Shown: piece by piece, positions 46,883 through 59,024 of the stretch
Layout of the letters: each line of letters starts with the position of its first letter
Position numbering within the stretch: position 1 is the stretch's first letter
Notes under the pieces: generated by a model
What the model saw: the letters and a program-made list of their open reading frames with translations, nothing else
What the model was told of the DNA's origin: nothing
The model's database searches: none
NCBI GenBank assembly: GCA_963833125.1
Contig: CAWHWX010000012.1
Coordinates: 64,001 to 128,000 of the forward strand
Reading direction: 5' to 3'
DNA length: 64,000 nucleotides
DNA from: Candidatus Bathyarchaeota archaeon
GTDB taxonomy: Archaea > Thermoproteota > Bathyarchaeia > 40CM-2-53-6
Made by a program: the position numbers and the translations under genes

Positions 46883-48078
46883 CTGAGCCGGATGCACGTA
46901 CAATTGAAGACGCGCACTATGCAAAGTACTATGCACGCAAGCCAGTTACGATAGTTCGCGGAAAGGGAGTGCTGCTATACGACGATGTTGGTAGAGAATA
47001 CGTTGACCTGACTGGAGCCTACGGCGCTTGCATCGTGGGCCACGCACATCCACGCGTCGTAAAGGCGATAGCCGATCAAGCCCAGAAGCTTATCGCATGC
47101 CACGGCTCAGTGTACAATGACGCTCGAGCAGAATTCACCTCAAGACTAACCAATATTCTACCCTCGGGCCTCGAGAGAATATTCGTAAGCAACAGCGGCA
47201 CCGAGGCTGTCGAATGCGCAATCAAAGTCGCGCGGAAATCCACCGGAAAAAGAAAGATCGTAGCCGTCAAGGGTGGGTTTCACGGTAAGACTCACGGAGC
47301 ATTGTCGGCCACTTGGGACGCTAAATACAGGAAAAGTTTCGAACCTCTCGTCCCAGGCTTCGTTCACATCCCCTTCGACAACGTCGAAGCCGCCAAAGAA
47401 ACTATCACTAACGACACTGCTGCAGTTCTGGTTGAGCCCGTCCAGGGGGAAGGTGGAATCCGGGTCCCTTCGAAGAGCTGGATGAGTCTCTTGCAAGATT
47501 TGGTTCATGATGCGGGTGGGTTGCTCGTGGCAGACGAGATTCAGACTGGATTCGGCCGAACTGGAAAATTGTTCGCTTCCGAACATTTAGGAATGCAGCC
47601 AGACATCCTTTGCCTAGGAAAAGGCGTCGCAAGCGGATTACCGATTGGGATAACCGCAGCTAACTCAGAGACAATGGGCTCACTCTCCGTCGGAGAACAT
47701 ACGAGCACGTTCGGAGGAAACCCTGTCGTATGCGCCGCCGGATCCGCCACCATCGACGTTCTGTCTGATGAACGATTGGTGGATAACGCGGCGAAAGTTG
47801 GGGAATATTTCAAGAATGGTCTTCTGCAGTTGATGAATGCTCATCGGATAATCAGAGAAGTTCGGGGCCTCGGCCTTATGCTGGCCATTGAGACACGTTT
47901 TGACGTCCACCAAATTATCCTAGACGCCTTACAGCAAGGAGTTTTGATGCTCGATGCTGGACGAAACATTCTCAGATTTCTACCACCACTCTGCATCCAA
48001 CCAGAGCACGTAGATCGAGTTCTTGGCGTTCTTCCGAAGGTCTTGGAGAAAGAGGAGCTTGCAAAGTTATCCGGTTAA
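46879..48078 (+). CDS. lysJ: LysW-aminoadipate semialdehyde/ornithine transaminase (LysJ/ArgD)
   Basis: NSGTEAVE, FHGKT, EPVQGEGG, DEIQTGFGRTG and TFGGNP motifs. Confidence 0.9.
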   Translation: MTEPDARTIEDAHYAKYYARKPVTIVRGKGVLLYDDVGREYVDLTGAYGACIVGHAHPRVVKAIADQAQKLIACHGSVYNDARAEFTSRLTNILPSGLERIFVSNSGTEAVECAIKVARKSTGKRKIVAVKGGFHGKTHGALSATWDAKYRKSFEPLVPGFVHIPFDNVEAAKETITNDTAAVLVEPVQGEGGIRVPSKSWMSLLQDLVHDAGGLLVADEIQTGFGRTGKLFASEHLGMQPDILCLGKGVASGLPIGITAANSETMGSLSVGEHTSTFGGNPVVCAAGSATIDVLSDERLVDNAAKVGEYFKNGLLQLMNAHRIIREVRGLGLMLAIETRFDVHQIILDALQQGVLMLDAGRNILRFLPPLCIQPEHVDRVLGVLPKVLEKEELAKLSG

Positions 48079-49189
48079 ATTACTTGGAGAAAATGCTGGA
48101 ACTCTACAGCCCGAGCGGATCTGAAGCCGAGCTAGCTGAATTCCTTCGCAGGGAAATGCAATCAAAGGGCTTCGCGGCGCGAAGATTGACGAAGCTGGGA
48201 ACGTAGTTGGCGTTCTTGGCAACGAAGGTCCGCGGATTCTACTGTGCGGACATATGGACACGGTTCCTGGCCGGATACCGATTCGACAGGACGCTGATCT
48301 GCTCTACGGCCGGGGCGCCGTAGACGCCAAATCGTCCTTGGCAGCGATGATCGTTGGCGCTGCTCTCGCTAAGGAAAGAAGTTCATACCCTTTCCAAGTT
48401 ACCGTAGCGGCCGTCGTGGAGGAGGAGACGAGCAGCAAGGGCATTCGTGCGATAATTGATGATCAAACTCAGTACGCGATGGCGGTATTCGGAGAACCGA
48501 GCGGCGTTTCAAACATGATCATCGGATACAAGGGAAGCCTCAAACTGCACGTGACCTTCACTACTAGCGGAGGCCATTCGGCTTCACCTTGGCTCTCGGC
48601 CAGCAGCTACGAGGAATCAAGCTTGTTCTGGAGAGCGTTTGAAAAAAGAATTCTGAAGACCAAGTCTCAATCCAAGTTTGATACTGTAACCGGTTGCGTC
48701 ACCCGCACGGAAGCAGGTGAGTTAGGAAACAGCGTGCCGACACACGCGACCTTAGATGTTGATCTCAGAATCCCGCCTGCGCTGTCGCTGAACGATCTGG
48801 TTGCCAAAATTAATGAATTTACAAACCGGTACAATTCAACTCGAAAAGATGTGAAGATCCAGGTAGGTTTCGAGGACCCAACCGAAGCTTTCCTCGGTTC
48901 TCCCAATTCCACCGCGGTCTCAGCTTTCCGGTGGGCCATTAGGAAGATGAAAGGCGGCCAGGTTGCCATGGTGAAGAAGACTGGCACAAGCGACATGAAC
49001 CTCTTTGTCCAACGCCAGAATATCCCCATGTTTGCCTATGGTCCAGGGGATTCGAGGTTTGATCACACTGAGATTGAACATGTGAGAATCTCGGAGTACT
49101 TAGGATGTATCGAAGTCTACGCCCGCGCTCTCCCAAGGTTCGTTGAAAAAGCCAGCAGCTCACCACTCCTACCAGCTCCCACACAGTGA
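48059..49189 (+). CDS. lysK: LysW-lysine/ornithine hydrolase (LysK/ArgE, M20), two 5' indels
   Basis: Upstream YSPSGSE and IDEAGNV segments in shifted frames; GHMDTVPG, GRGAVDAK, EEE, TGTSDMN and YGPGDS..DH motifs. Confidence 0.85.
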
Positions 49190-49195
49190 CCTCAG

Positions 49196-50650
49196 ATGTC
49201 GTCTGTTCTGAAGGGTGGCCGGTTAAGACGAACACGAAAAGATGTAGTGCATTTTATTTCATCACTTGAATCCGACAAGCGAATAGCATTATCAACAGTC
49301 CTGGTCAACGAGGCGCACGTGATTGCGCTCGCCAAATCTGGCACTATTGAGAAGCCTAAGGCTCGCAGAATTTTGAGGGCACTGAGAAGCCTTGAAGGTT
49401 ACAATTTTCCTGAGCGAAACGCGGAAGATGTTCATGTGGTGATTGAGGATTCTGTCACGAAACGTACGGGTAGAGAGGTGGGAGGTCTTCTTCATCTCGG
49501 CAAGAGTCGGAACGACCAAGTCGTTACGGCCATAAGAATGACTCTCCGTAACGAGATAATCGAACTCTCGGACCAAATACTTGCTCTCGAATTCTCAATC
49601 CTGAACTCGGCGAAGAAACATGTCGCTACTGTATTCCCAGGCTATACCCATCTTCAGCCGGCGCAGCCAATCAGTTTCGCTCATTATCTGCTTGCAAACT
49701 GCGCTTCTTTGTCGAGGGACGTGGATCGGCTAACCGAGGCTTACTTTAGAGTTAATCGTTCTCCGATGGGTGCCGCGGCGTTGGCTGGAACAAGTTTTCC
49801 GCTGAATCGGCGGTTGATCGCGCGTCTGCTTGGTTTTGATGGGCTTGTGGAGATTTCTTTGGACGCGGTTGGCGGTCGAGACTTTGCCTTAGAGGTTCTG
49901 GGAGGCTGTGCCCTTTTGGCTTCAGATCTCTCCCGTATCGCAACAGATCTAATCTTCTACAGCTCAGCGGAAGTCGCGCTCGTATCGATTCCAGACGAGT
50001 TTGCCTCGACGAGTAGTATCATGCCTCAAAAGAAGAACGCTGACCCACTAGAGCTAACCCGTGCAAAGTGCGCGAAAATCGCAGCTAATTTCAATTCAGG
50101 TCTCTCAATAATGCATGGCCTGCCCTCAGGATACAATCTCGACTACCAGGAGCTAACGCCTCTTCTCTGGGAATCGATTGATGAACTCAAAGCCTGCCTG
50201 CGAATTCTCACAGAAATCATATCTAGGATAACCGTCGACCGTAAGTTGTCGAGCAGGCGATACCTAGAATTCACAGCGGCAACCGAAATTGCCAACCTCC
50301 TAGTAAGAAAGGAACATTTACCCTTCAGAACCGCCCACCATCTCGTTGGTTCAGTTGCACGATCAGCCCTTAGTCAAGGCATGACATTCAAAGACATGAA
50401 GCGATCAGATTGGGAACGAGCCCTAGGAAGGTCAATCAGCTCTCGCACGATGAGTTCAATCGGTGAGGCTTTGAATCTGGACCGGCACCTTCGCATGTAT
50501 CGAACTAGCGGCAGCCCTAACCCACAAGAAACAAGGAGGCTTATCGCACAAGAGCTTCATTTGTGCGAGAAATCGCGCACACGTAACGCGCGATTACAGG
50601 CAAAGCTTCGAAAGGGCATGCAAGAGCTTCGGGCCGCCTCGAAGATATAA
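49196..50650 (+). CDS. argH: Argininosuccinate lyase
   Basis: SRNDQV, PGYTHLQPAQP, SSIMPQKKN and PFRTAH motifs. Confidence 0.94.
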   Translation: MSSVLKGGRLRRTRKDVVHFISSLESDKRIALSTVLVNEAHVIALAKSGTIEKPKARRILRALRSLEGYNFPERNAEDVHVVIEDSVTKRTGREVGGLLHLGKSRNDQVVTAIRMTLRNEIIELSDQILALEFSILNSAKKHVATVFPGYTHLQPAQPISFAHYLLANCASLSRDVDRLTEAYFRVNRSPMGAAALAGTSFPLNRRLIARLLGFDGLVEISLDAVGGRDFALEVLGGCALLASDLSRIATDLIFYSSAEVALVSIPDEFASTSSIMPQKKNADPLELTRAKCAKIAANFNSGLSIMHGLPSGYNLDYQELTPLLWESIDELKACLRILTEIISRITVDRKLSSRRYLEFTAATEIANLLVRKEHLPFRTAHHLVGSVARSALSQGMTFKDMKRSDWERALGRSISSRTMSSIGEALNLDRHLRMYRTSGSPNPQETRRLIAQELHLCEKSRTRNARLQAKLRKGMQELRAASKI

Positions 50651-50652
50651 CC

Positions 50653-52304
50653 TCAAAGATACTTCTTTTTCGTCATAACTACTACCACCGCCGCAACGAT
50701 TACGAACCCGGCTAAGATCTGCAACGCCTCCTGTTCACTTAAGAGCGGGGGCTGGTCGTTGGTGATTGGTAATCCGCTAATCGGGCTGAGCATTGTATCT
50801 ACTGGTGCATAATTGTCCGTGAGTGCCGGTGGGTTGTTCCCGGTAGGAGTGAAGTAGTTGGTTAGGTAGTCCTCCATACCCGGAACCTTCACTATCGTGC
50901 TCGTTGAGGCGAGTTCCTCAAAATCTGAGGCAGCTAAGTGATGAGTTGAGAGCGTGGCGACGATTATCACGTTTTGTGCGCTCGTGTCCGACGATCCTTC
51001 TACTGCGAACGTGTAGACGTTTGGAAATACTTGGCCAATCGTTGTGGTTTCGGCGGTGAGTAACTGATCGTTACTAGAGGTTGTTCCCGAGATTAGGTTT
51101 GAGATCACGATACCGTTAGAGGTTAGGTGGGAGTCGATGAGTTGGAAGAATTCTAGGGTCATTAATTGGAATGGGACGTAGGTCCTGGAATAAGCGTCGA
51201 GCACGATGAGATCGTATCTTTGCTGAGTGCTTTGAAGGAATACTCGACCGTCGTTGATGTAGATGTGAAGCCTTGGGTTGCTGGCGTTCACCGCGAAATA
51301 TTGTTCTGCGACCTGCACAACCTCAGGGTCGATCTCAGCGACATCAACGGTCACGTTTGGATAATCTCTCAGGAATGCTTTCGGGCCCGTAAAACCGCCT
51401 CCACCAATGAATAGGACGTGAGTTATGTTCGGGTTAAGCAGTAGTCCGACGTGGAAGTAGTCAGTGTAGGGAAAGACGGTTCGGTTAGGATTTTGTAAGT
51501 CCATCGCACTGTGCAGGTTATCATCCATTATCAGATAGCGCGTCGTGGAGTGGGTTGACGGGTCATATGCGTCTGCGACAATGAGATGATGGTAAGGAGT
51601 GTCGGTTTCGTAGATTGTGTCACCCAAAGCCAACGTGTAGGTGGCAACTGTCAGTTGGCGGTTAACCATGTAGGGCGCAGCGAACGGGAGGATGATTAGG
51701 ATGAGGAGGACGAGGAACTTGAAGCGATAACTCAAACCAAGAAACGCAACGACCAGTAACACAATTCCCAACACAAAGATGATCTTGTTAACTCCAAAAA
51801 GTGGAATGAGGAGGAAAACGGTCAGAAACACGCCTATGATGCTCCCTACGGTCGAGAGAGCGTAAAGATTCCCAGAGGCTCTGCCTAATGTTTCAAAGCT
51901 CTCAGCTACCAACCGAATAGCATACGGCGAAACCATGCCCAGAAGGACGCTCGGCGGGCCTAGCAATAGGGTCGTGGCGAGTAGAGGAGCATAACGCTCG
52001 CCGAGATTCAACCTTATCGCAAGGTCGAAGAGGGGAGGGGCGATCGCAGGAAGCGCCAGAACCATTAAACCTGCAATGAAGATTACGATTGATAGTACGT
52101 TGAAGTTGGGCTTGATGTCGGCCAGTTTCCCGCCCAAATAGTAACCCGCGCTAAGCGCTGACAACACCACACCAATCAAACTGCCCCAAACGAAAATCGA
52201 ACTTCCGAACACTGGCGCCAGCAGCCTACTCCCAAGAGTTCAAGCGCCATCACCACAGCGCCCGAAACGAAGACCGAAATAAGCAAGCGAAGTTGGCGTG
52301 GCAT
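50653..52304 (-). CDS. Fused MFS-like membrane domain / spermidine synthase family protein (5' indel)
   Basis: FVSGAVVMALE from ATG 52304, then FGSSIFVW; LFIGGGG, EIDPEV, DGRVFL and DLIVLDAY; LTDNYAP. Confidence 0.85.
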
Positions 52305-52350
52305 TCAGATTCCAGTCAAGAAATTGGATTGGAGCGAATCTTATCTACGG

Positions 52351-55300
52351 TCACCCGAGGGTTTTTGGAGTTTGTCGTAAGTGCGCTTTGACACTCAAAG
52401 CACTATTCGTAGAGTTTGAGGTAACGGGCGAGATAAGCTGACTTGAGGGTTGGTAGTTGTCCATCCAGATTTCCATGTACATGTCCGAGCCCGGCGGGAC
52501 GGCAATCATAGTTGAATACGTCTGCGTATCCCTCCAAAGCCACTCCCATCCCATACGTTCCCTCTGGAACCCATACTTGGAAGGAGCCGTCGAGGCTGGA
52601 TGTTGTGTAGTTTCCAGGCCTAACATCAATTATGTCTGTGAGCGTGCTGTTGTTTGGCTGAAGCGTGATTGTTGCCCAAGATAAGTAACGGGCAGCGCCG
52701 AAGTAGTCTGGCCCCATCACTGTCCCGTAAATTCGGGATGCACGATCCATGAAAGTGACTACGGAAACATTCTGTGGTGCGGTAACAATTACTCGTAAGG
52801 GTTGTAGCTGGTAGTATCCATCGACCCATATTCTAATTGTGTACGTGTGAGGCGACAGGTTCCATGGGTATAAAATCAACCCACCAGGAGTTTGGCTCGC
52901 TCCATCCGTCGTATCATAGAACCCTGACCAGATCAGCCGCGGGTCTCCGTAGTAAAGGTCGAACCCAGATAAAATAAAGTGGGCAGTGTTGGTCGGTTGA
53001 CCGTTCGTTAGTTCGGTATATACGTTGCATTTGCCGCAACAAAGCGTCCTTGATCATCGAAAACCTCAATGCGCGTCGGCGTGGCGGTCAAATTGTTAAT
53101 CGGTTGGGCGAAAGGTAAAGTGGAGTCGATCGAGCTGAGAAGGGCCTCATGCGTGAAAAATATAGTCAGATCGATTACTGGGTTCGCGAATCATGTAGAT
53201 AGCCACGTCAGCAATAGACCCAAGCCTGACGTACACGTGGATTATCTGCTGCTGAGTATAGCCGTGGGTTTGGATTATCACCGTATAGGTGTTAGTTAGA
53301 AGCCCATCGTAAGCGAATGTTACACTTGTTGAGTTTACTGGTTGTGTCGAATTTGTCTGGTAGACGTTTCCGTATGAGTCTATGATCAACAGCTTAATTG
53401 TCGATCCAGGGTACCCCCAATTCCCACGAACGGAATTTGATACTTGAGGAATTTGATAGTTGATCGAGCGGAGAGTCAGTAGAAGGCCTCCAGCGCGGTA
53501 CAATGAGAAGCTGATTAGAGTTTCTTCTTCGCTGAGTCCGATAGTAGCTTTGACGATGTCTGTTTGGTAGTATAGATCACGGATTCCAATGTTCGCAAAT
53601 CCTGCGAAAACCGGAGAGGACGTAACACGAGCCACGATGTAATATGTCCCTGGCCGGAGGCCATAATTCTGTGAGAATAGCGAGAAAGTACCGAAACCCC
53701 TAGTGTTGCTGAAACCTTGCAAGTCAACAGTTGCATTCGTACTGCCTGACGGTACGAACGTCACATTTTGTGCTCTGAGTATGCCCTCCTGATCGTATGC
53801 TGAAACAGTCAGAGTACCCCCAACAGTGACATGTCCCCCGCTATTGTTGAAGGTCGTTAGCGGTTCTGCTTCCAGTATGTTGCTTGAGTACCTGAAGTGG
53901 ACAGTTACTCGAATGCTTCCCGATCGGATGAGAGGCTAACACCGTTTCCGTGTCCGCAGTCGAATTAGCCACGTGTACCCGAACTTCGTCGACTTGGATG
54001 TAGGATGTTACGTAGGCTTGGAGCAGGTAGTCGCCCCATGTTAGGCCTGAAGTGTAATTAGCGTAGTCTTGTGGGATGCGTCCGTCGAAACCAACTTGGT
54101 CTTGAATGATAAAGTCAAATGACGTTGCGGTGGGGTCCGTAAAACTCGTTGTGCGGTAAGGGGCTGATGTGGATGCTACCAGATTGCCTGCTAGATCTAG
54201 AAGGTCGATCGTGATGGCTCTCGGTACTGTTGAAGTGCCGTTTATCCCAGCAAGTGCCCCCCAGGGGATCAAGTTTCCTTCCGGGTTCTTGGACAAAACC
54301 GTCCCACTAACAATTACGCTCTCATAGAGATACACATCCACTCCTTCCAAAGATTGAGCGGCAGCGACGCTCACAGTCCACGGTCTAACTGTTGGAAGAT
54401 ACCCTGCAGCGTAAGCGGTTATGTTGTAAGTGCCCGGCGCCACTCCGAATAATGTATAATTCCCACCAGCGGTCGAATTGAGAAACGCTTGAGCTGAAAC
54501 TGCTCGGCCGAGGTAATCGTAAGCCCGTCGCTAGGACGCGAGCTCCAGTCCCGTTCGGGAGGAGTTATTGGTTGTCCCGCTCTCGAAGCGTTCCGGTCGC
54601 CCGAGTCTCGCAGGACGCCGGAAATGTATGCAGGGTCCCGGCTGGCTTTGACTACGAGAGTTGGGAAATTTCCCGCTCCGATTGAGATACCGTTTATGAA
54701 TGCTTTGAAGAAATACCGTCCCGCCGTCGTTGGGGACGTTACTTGAAAGAGTCTGATGTATTGCGTTCGATCGATTGGGAAAGTCTGATTTCAGGATTCA
54801 CGTCGCTTGGATTATTGGTGACGGAAAGCGAAAATGCAACTTTCCACCAACTGGGTCCAATCTGATCAGAGGCTGATTGTCTTGACAATCGGATGATGTG
54901 TGGGTCGTAGTTGTTTGTGAAGCTGGTCCAGGTTTGGCTTATTGTCAACCCGGAGAAGTCAGGCGGGATGTATATGTCGAGCGTAACCGGTACCGAGATT
55001 GGTGGTGAAGGATCGGGGGCAACACTCTGGAAGTTAACGTTGCGTCAGTGGGAGCAAGCCAGCCGATAACCTGAAAGCGCTACGTTGCCATGTCGCCAGT
55101 GCAGCCTGTTGCAGTAACGCTGTATGTGCCTGGCCGAACTTTGGCGACAACGAAGGAACCGGATGTGATACGTGCCACCTACAATCGTGCAGCTGGTAGG
55201 AGGGCCACTGGAATGCCTGAAAATGAGCAGACTCGTGTCACTCAAGGAAAATCCTGAGCCCGTCACTGAAATGGTCATCCCTGGTGGTGTCCAAGGACGG

Positions 55301-56148
55301 ACTGAGCGTGATTTGTGGAGTGAGGCGGAGTGTGGAGGAGTATCTGTGATGGTGAAGAAAGCGTTAGCTTCTCCCGTATCGCCCCCGTTGGTTGTAACAG
55401 TAATAGTAATAGGTGCCAGGGAGTGGCAGGTGGACCTGCAACAGTAAATGTGCCTGTTAGGACACCACCCGCAATTTGCAGCTAGAGGCGGATACGGGGC
55501 TACCATTCAAGGTGCAAGAAGTATCGGGGAGTCGAATAAAATCCAACCCCAGAAACCTTACAGTCACCCCGGCCTGGCCGGAAGATGGATTCAGAATAAG
55601 TGACGGGGGAAGGACGGTGAATGAGGCTGAAGAGTAATCGCCTCCCGCGCATGACAGCCCGTTGCAGTAACAATGTAAGAGCCAGCGGGCACATTGCCGA
55701 CATTAACGAGGCGGTCAGAATGCCGCTGTGAGATTGGAGAAAACGCACAGGTCGAGGGGCGACTGGTATGCCTGACAGCGTACAACTCGTATCCTCGGAA
55801 GAAAATCCCGATGCATCACCAGAACTCGGACTCGGAAGAGCAGGAGACCCATACTTGGGCGGAGGTGGGGTTGAGCATGAGTGGGTTTAGGGTGACGTTG
55901 AAGAGAAGGTCTCCTGTGCTATTTGTTAAGATGGCGCTGTCCGGGTAACTCAGTTTTACCGAGCCGAACGTTGGGAAGTCGTTGCCAAGTGGCAGGTCGT
56001 ACTTGCCGGGTGATACGCCGACTGTTGAGGTGTTGGTGCCGCTTGAATATGCTGGGTTGGCGGCGACCTCTACCAGAATCAGGGTCAGTAGGAGGGTTGC
56101 TGCGACGATTTGTTTGATGCTTGGTCGCCCAGCAGTGTAGCCGGACAT
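52351..56148 (-). CDS. Large secreted/cell-surface protein with carboxypeptidase-regulatory-like and IPT-like repeats, fragmented by many indels
   Basis: Signal peptide at 56148 and successive same-strand fragments (YIPPDF...WTSFTNNY; GVAPGTYNITAYAAGY; L.PGTY; DGSFQVWVP.G.Y). Confidence 0.6.
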
Positions 56149-56168
56149 TAGAACAGCCAGGGTGTAGC

Positions 56169-56608
56169 TTAGGTTTCTTCTAACTTCTTCTCTTCAGCTT
56201 GATCCGTTTGATCTGCTTCAAGCGCTTCCTCTTCCTCAGCCTTGGGGCCTCTGAATCGAACATAGGCCAGGGCAAATAGTACGATTGCGAGAACGATGAG
56301 AAAGCCGGTTATGAACGATGAGAGTAGGAAGGAGTTCTCTGAGCTCGCTCCCCTGCGGCGGCTCTGAAGGATCCGCCACCCGTGAATGTTCCTCCGCCAG
56401 TAAATGTTCCACCAGTGAAGGTACGAGTGAAGGTTGGTGGAGGGGCTAGTGTATAGATTAGAAAGGCGTATGCAGTGTTGAGCAAGCCGGAGACGAGAGA
56501 AGCGATTAGCAGTCTCTTCTTTGTAATTTTTCTAGTTTGAGAGACGAGTATAGAGCCTAACGTGATTCCGGCGATTATCATTGGGATTATGATTGGGGTT
56601 GTGGGCAT
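56169..56608 (-). CDS. Small membrane protein with Gly/Thr/Phe repeat linker (frameshift)
   Basis: Hydrophobic helices, FTGGTFTGGGTFTGGGSF linker, acidic tail in a shifted frame. Confidence 0.55.
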
Positions 56609-56644
56609 CGCAATCTGACCATGCTACGCGGAGATTCAAACGAA

Positions 56645-56673
56645 TTTATATAAGGCTAACTACAGGCGGTAGT
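56645..56673 (+). promoter_or_regulatory. TATA box plus putative BlaI-family operator
   Basis: TTTATATAA at 56645-56653; inverted repeat ACTAC-N5-GTAGT at 56659-56673. Confidence 0.6.
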
Positions 56674-56689
56674 CGGGAACTGGTCACCG

Positions 56690-57118
56690 TTGAAATTACA
56701 GGTTCTTCACCCAAATAACAAGGACATTCGCTTTGCCTTGGGTGATCTGGAGGCGGCGATGCTCCAAGAGCTATGGAAGTCGCCAACGGCTCTCTCTGTT
56801 AGAGAGTTTCATGAGAAGATCTCACGTAGCAGACCGCTCGCAGTCACCACCGTTGCTACGATCTTGGACCGATTGTACCGGAAAGGTGTTCTTTCACGAA
56901 AACTTGTGAAGGAGGGTGGCCCGCATTACCTGTACTCCTCACGCCTCACAAAGGACGTGTTCAAACATGTTGTCGTGAACAACGTGATGGGAGCCCTGCT
57001 TCGCGGCTTCAACGACGTAACGGTCGCATACCTGGCTGAGAAGATGGCGGACAAACCAGAGGATCGCAGAATTATATCCAAGTACCTGAACAGGTTGAAG
57101 AGTGACGGCGGCAAATGA
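56690..57118 (+). CDS. BlaI/MecI/CopY family repressor
   Basis: LGDLEAAMLQELW...SVRE...LAVTTVATILDRLYRKG wHTH. Confidence 0.88.
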   Translation: MKLQVLHPNNKDIRFALGDLEAAMLQELWKSPTALSVREFHEKISRSRPLAVTTVATILDRLYRKGVLSRKLVKEGGPHYLYSSRLTKDVFKHVVVNNVMGALLRGFNDVTVAYLAEKMADKPEDRRIISKYLNRLKSDGGK

Positions 57119-58065
57119 TACCAGCTCCTGGGCTGCTGATGTTTGTCGCGTGGGTTCTGGTAGGACCACTCAGCCTCCACCATGAGTTATGGCTGCCAAC
57201 GTTAGTTCTCTCGACTCTTTCATTCGCCGCTTTGGGCTTAACCATCATCGTGAGACGATCGTATAGATTTCAGTCCACAGCCCTTCTAGCAGCACTGGGG
57301 ATAATGTTCTTTGAGAGCTTGCAGACAGTTGCAAGTTGGTTGCACATCGAGCTGTTTGATCCCTCCTTCGTAAGAGGAGATGAGGTTCGACACTTTCTAT
57401 CATTCTTCTTTACGCTAAATGCTGGCTTGGCTGCAGTAGGAACGGCCGCCGCCGTGGGCGTTGCTCTATCCTTAGAACTAAGGAAGTCCCATCTTCCGCT
57501 GGCAAAGCTATTTCCGGAAATGCAATTTGAAACCGCACCACCCGAAGTTACGAAATCTGTCGAAAGGCTTTCCGAAACTATGGGCGTCGCTCCACCGAAA
57601 GTAACCCTAATCGATTCGGGAAACCCAGCCGCGTTCATCACACGTTCGAAACGGGAATACGTGTTGGCAGTTTCAGTAGGACTTCTAGAATCGTTGAGTG
57701 CCAATGAGCTGGATGCTTGTCTTGCACACGAATTGTCGCATGTTAAGAATAATGATTTTTCGGTGAGGACATTTGCGACTGCGGCGAGAGTTGCGTTATT
57801 TGCACATCCGTTAGGCCATTTGATTGAACCAGCCGTTTACAGGGCTCGAGAATTCCTCGCGGACAAGACGGCTGCAGATCTTGCTGAGCGCGGCGCACTG
57901 ATATCTGCTCTTTCAAAGCTTAGGGAATCCCAGAATTATGTCGCGGTGCACAGGTCAATCGGAACTGCTTGCTTGTTCAATTCCGTTGGCACAAATCCCT
58001 TGTTCAGGTTATTCGATAAGCATCCAACACTCGAGAAAAGAATAAGTGCTCTTCAGGAGCAGTAG
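57115..58065 (+). CDS. Membrane Zn-metallopeptidase (M48/M56, HtpX/BlaR1-like)
   Basis: Three N-terminal TMs; GLLESL...EL.ACLAHELSH, REFLAD, L.SAL.KL and HPTLEKRI motifs. Confidence 0.85.
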   Translation: MIPAPGLLMFVAWVLVGPLSLHHELWLPTLVLSTLSFAALGLTIIVRRSYRFQSTALLAALGIMFFESLQTVASWLHIELFDPSFVRGDEVRHFLSFFFTLNAGLAAVGTAAAVGVALSLELRKSHLPLAKLFPEMQFETAPPEVTKSVERLSETMGVAPPKVTLIDSGNPAAFITRSKREYVLAVSVGLLESLSANELDACLAHELSHVKNNDFSVRTFATAARVALFAHPLGHLIEPAVYRAREFLADKTAADLAERGALISALSKLRESQNYVAVHRSIGTACLFNSVGTNPLFRLFDKHPTLEKRISALQEQ

Positions 58066-58068
58066 GCC

Positions 58069-58947
58069 TTGACCTGGTCTACAGGGCGTCGAATCCTGAT
58101 CATCATGGTATTGTTGCTGCCCTTGTTTACGCAGCTGCCTGACTCCAACGCCCAGAGCGCTGCGCATCTATCGGTTTCCGTGACGGGACAAACATTGGTT
58201 GCGGGTTTGAACAATACAATGACCGTCACCGTATCTAACAACTATAGTGGATACATAGCAATCTACGACGTCGACATTTCAGTCTCTTTACCAGCACCCC
58301 TGGTCATACAAGGCGACAATCACTGGCATTATGACTCAATCCAATACGGACAGAGCGTAACAGTCACCTTCCCCATCTACGCTCCATCGTCCGCGGCTGG
58401 CAGCTCGTATCAAGGCACCGTTACGGGAACGTACAAGCAGTTAGGCGATGTTTCCTACACTCAGGAAAGCCATGTGTTGGGCGTATCGGTTACTGGATAC
58501 ATCAGTTTGGTAGTTTATGGAATTCAATTTACTCCCTCTACAATTTCGTCAGGTGGCAATACGACGATCTCGGGGAATGTGCTGAATAACGGAAACCTCG
58601 CATCCTACAACGCCAACGTCACCGTTGAATCTGACTCAATCATACCAGGCCCGCAGAACAGCGTCTTCCTAGGAGAGATTGATCCAAACATTCCAAGGCC
58701 CTTCAGCGTTCTAATTGTCTTCCAGCCGAATCTCGCGCCGGGAAACTACACGGTCACCGTCAGGGTAGCCGTCACCGACAATAACCGCCCTGGAATTCCA
58801 ATAGTGAGCGGAGCCTCTGGACAGGTTCAAGTGATAAAGCCGTCCCAAACCGGAGGGGGCCGAGGTCAGGGCCTCAGCGTAATCGGCCTAATTCTGACCT
58901 TTCTCCGCAACCTATTCAACACCTTCTTCGGCTCAAGCTTCCCGTAA
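58069..58947 (+). CDS. COG1361-like secreted S-layer-family protein
   Basis: Signal peptide; Ig-like repeats (ISGNVLNNGN.ASYN, FLGEIDPN.P.PF); C-terminal amphipathic anchor. Confidence 0.65.
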   Translation: MTWSTGRRILIIMVLLLPLFTQLPDSNAQSAAHLSVSVTGQTLVAGLNNTMTVTVSNNYSGYIAIYDVDISVSLPAPLVIQGDNHWHYDSIQYGQSVTVTFPIYAPSSAAGSSYQGTVTGTYKQLGDVSYTQESHVLGVSVTGYISLVVYGIQFTPSTISSGGNTTISGNVLNNGNLASYNANVTVESDSIIPGPQNSVFLGEIDPNIPRPFSVLIVFQPNLAPGNYTVTVRVAVTDNNRPGIPIVSGASGQVQVIKPSQTGGGRGQGLSVIGLILTFLRNLFNTFFGSSFP

Positions 58948-59024
58948 CCATGAGATGAGCCTGGCCTCCGGCCAGTGCTTCAAGTCGAAGGTGCGTTTGA
59001 ACCGAATGTCTCGGTAAACGATGG

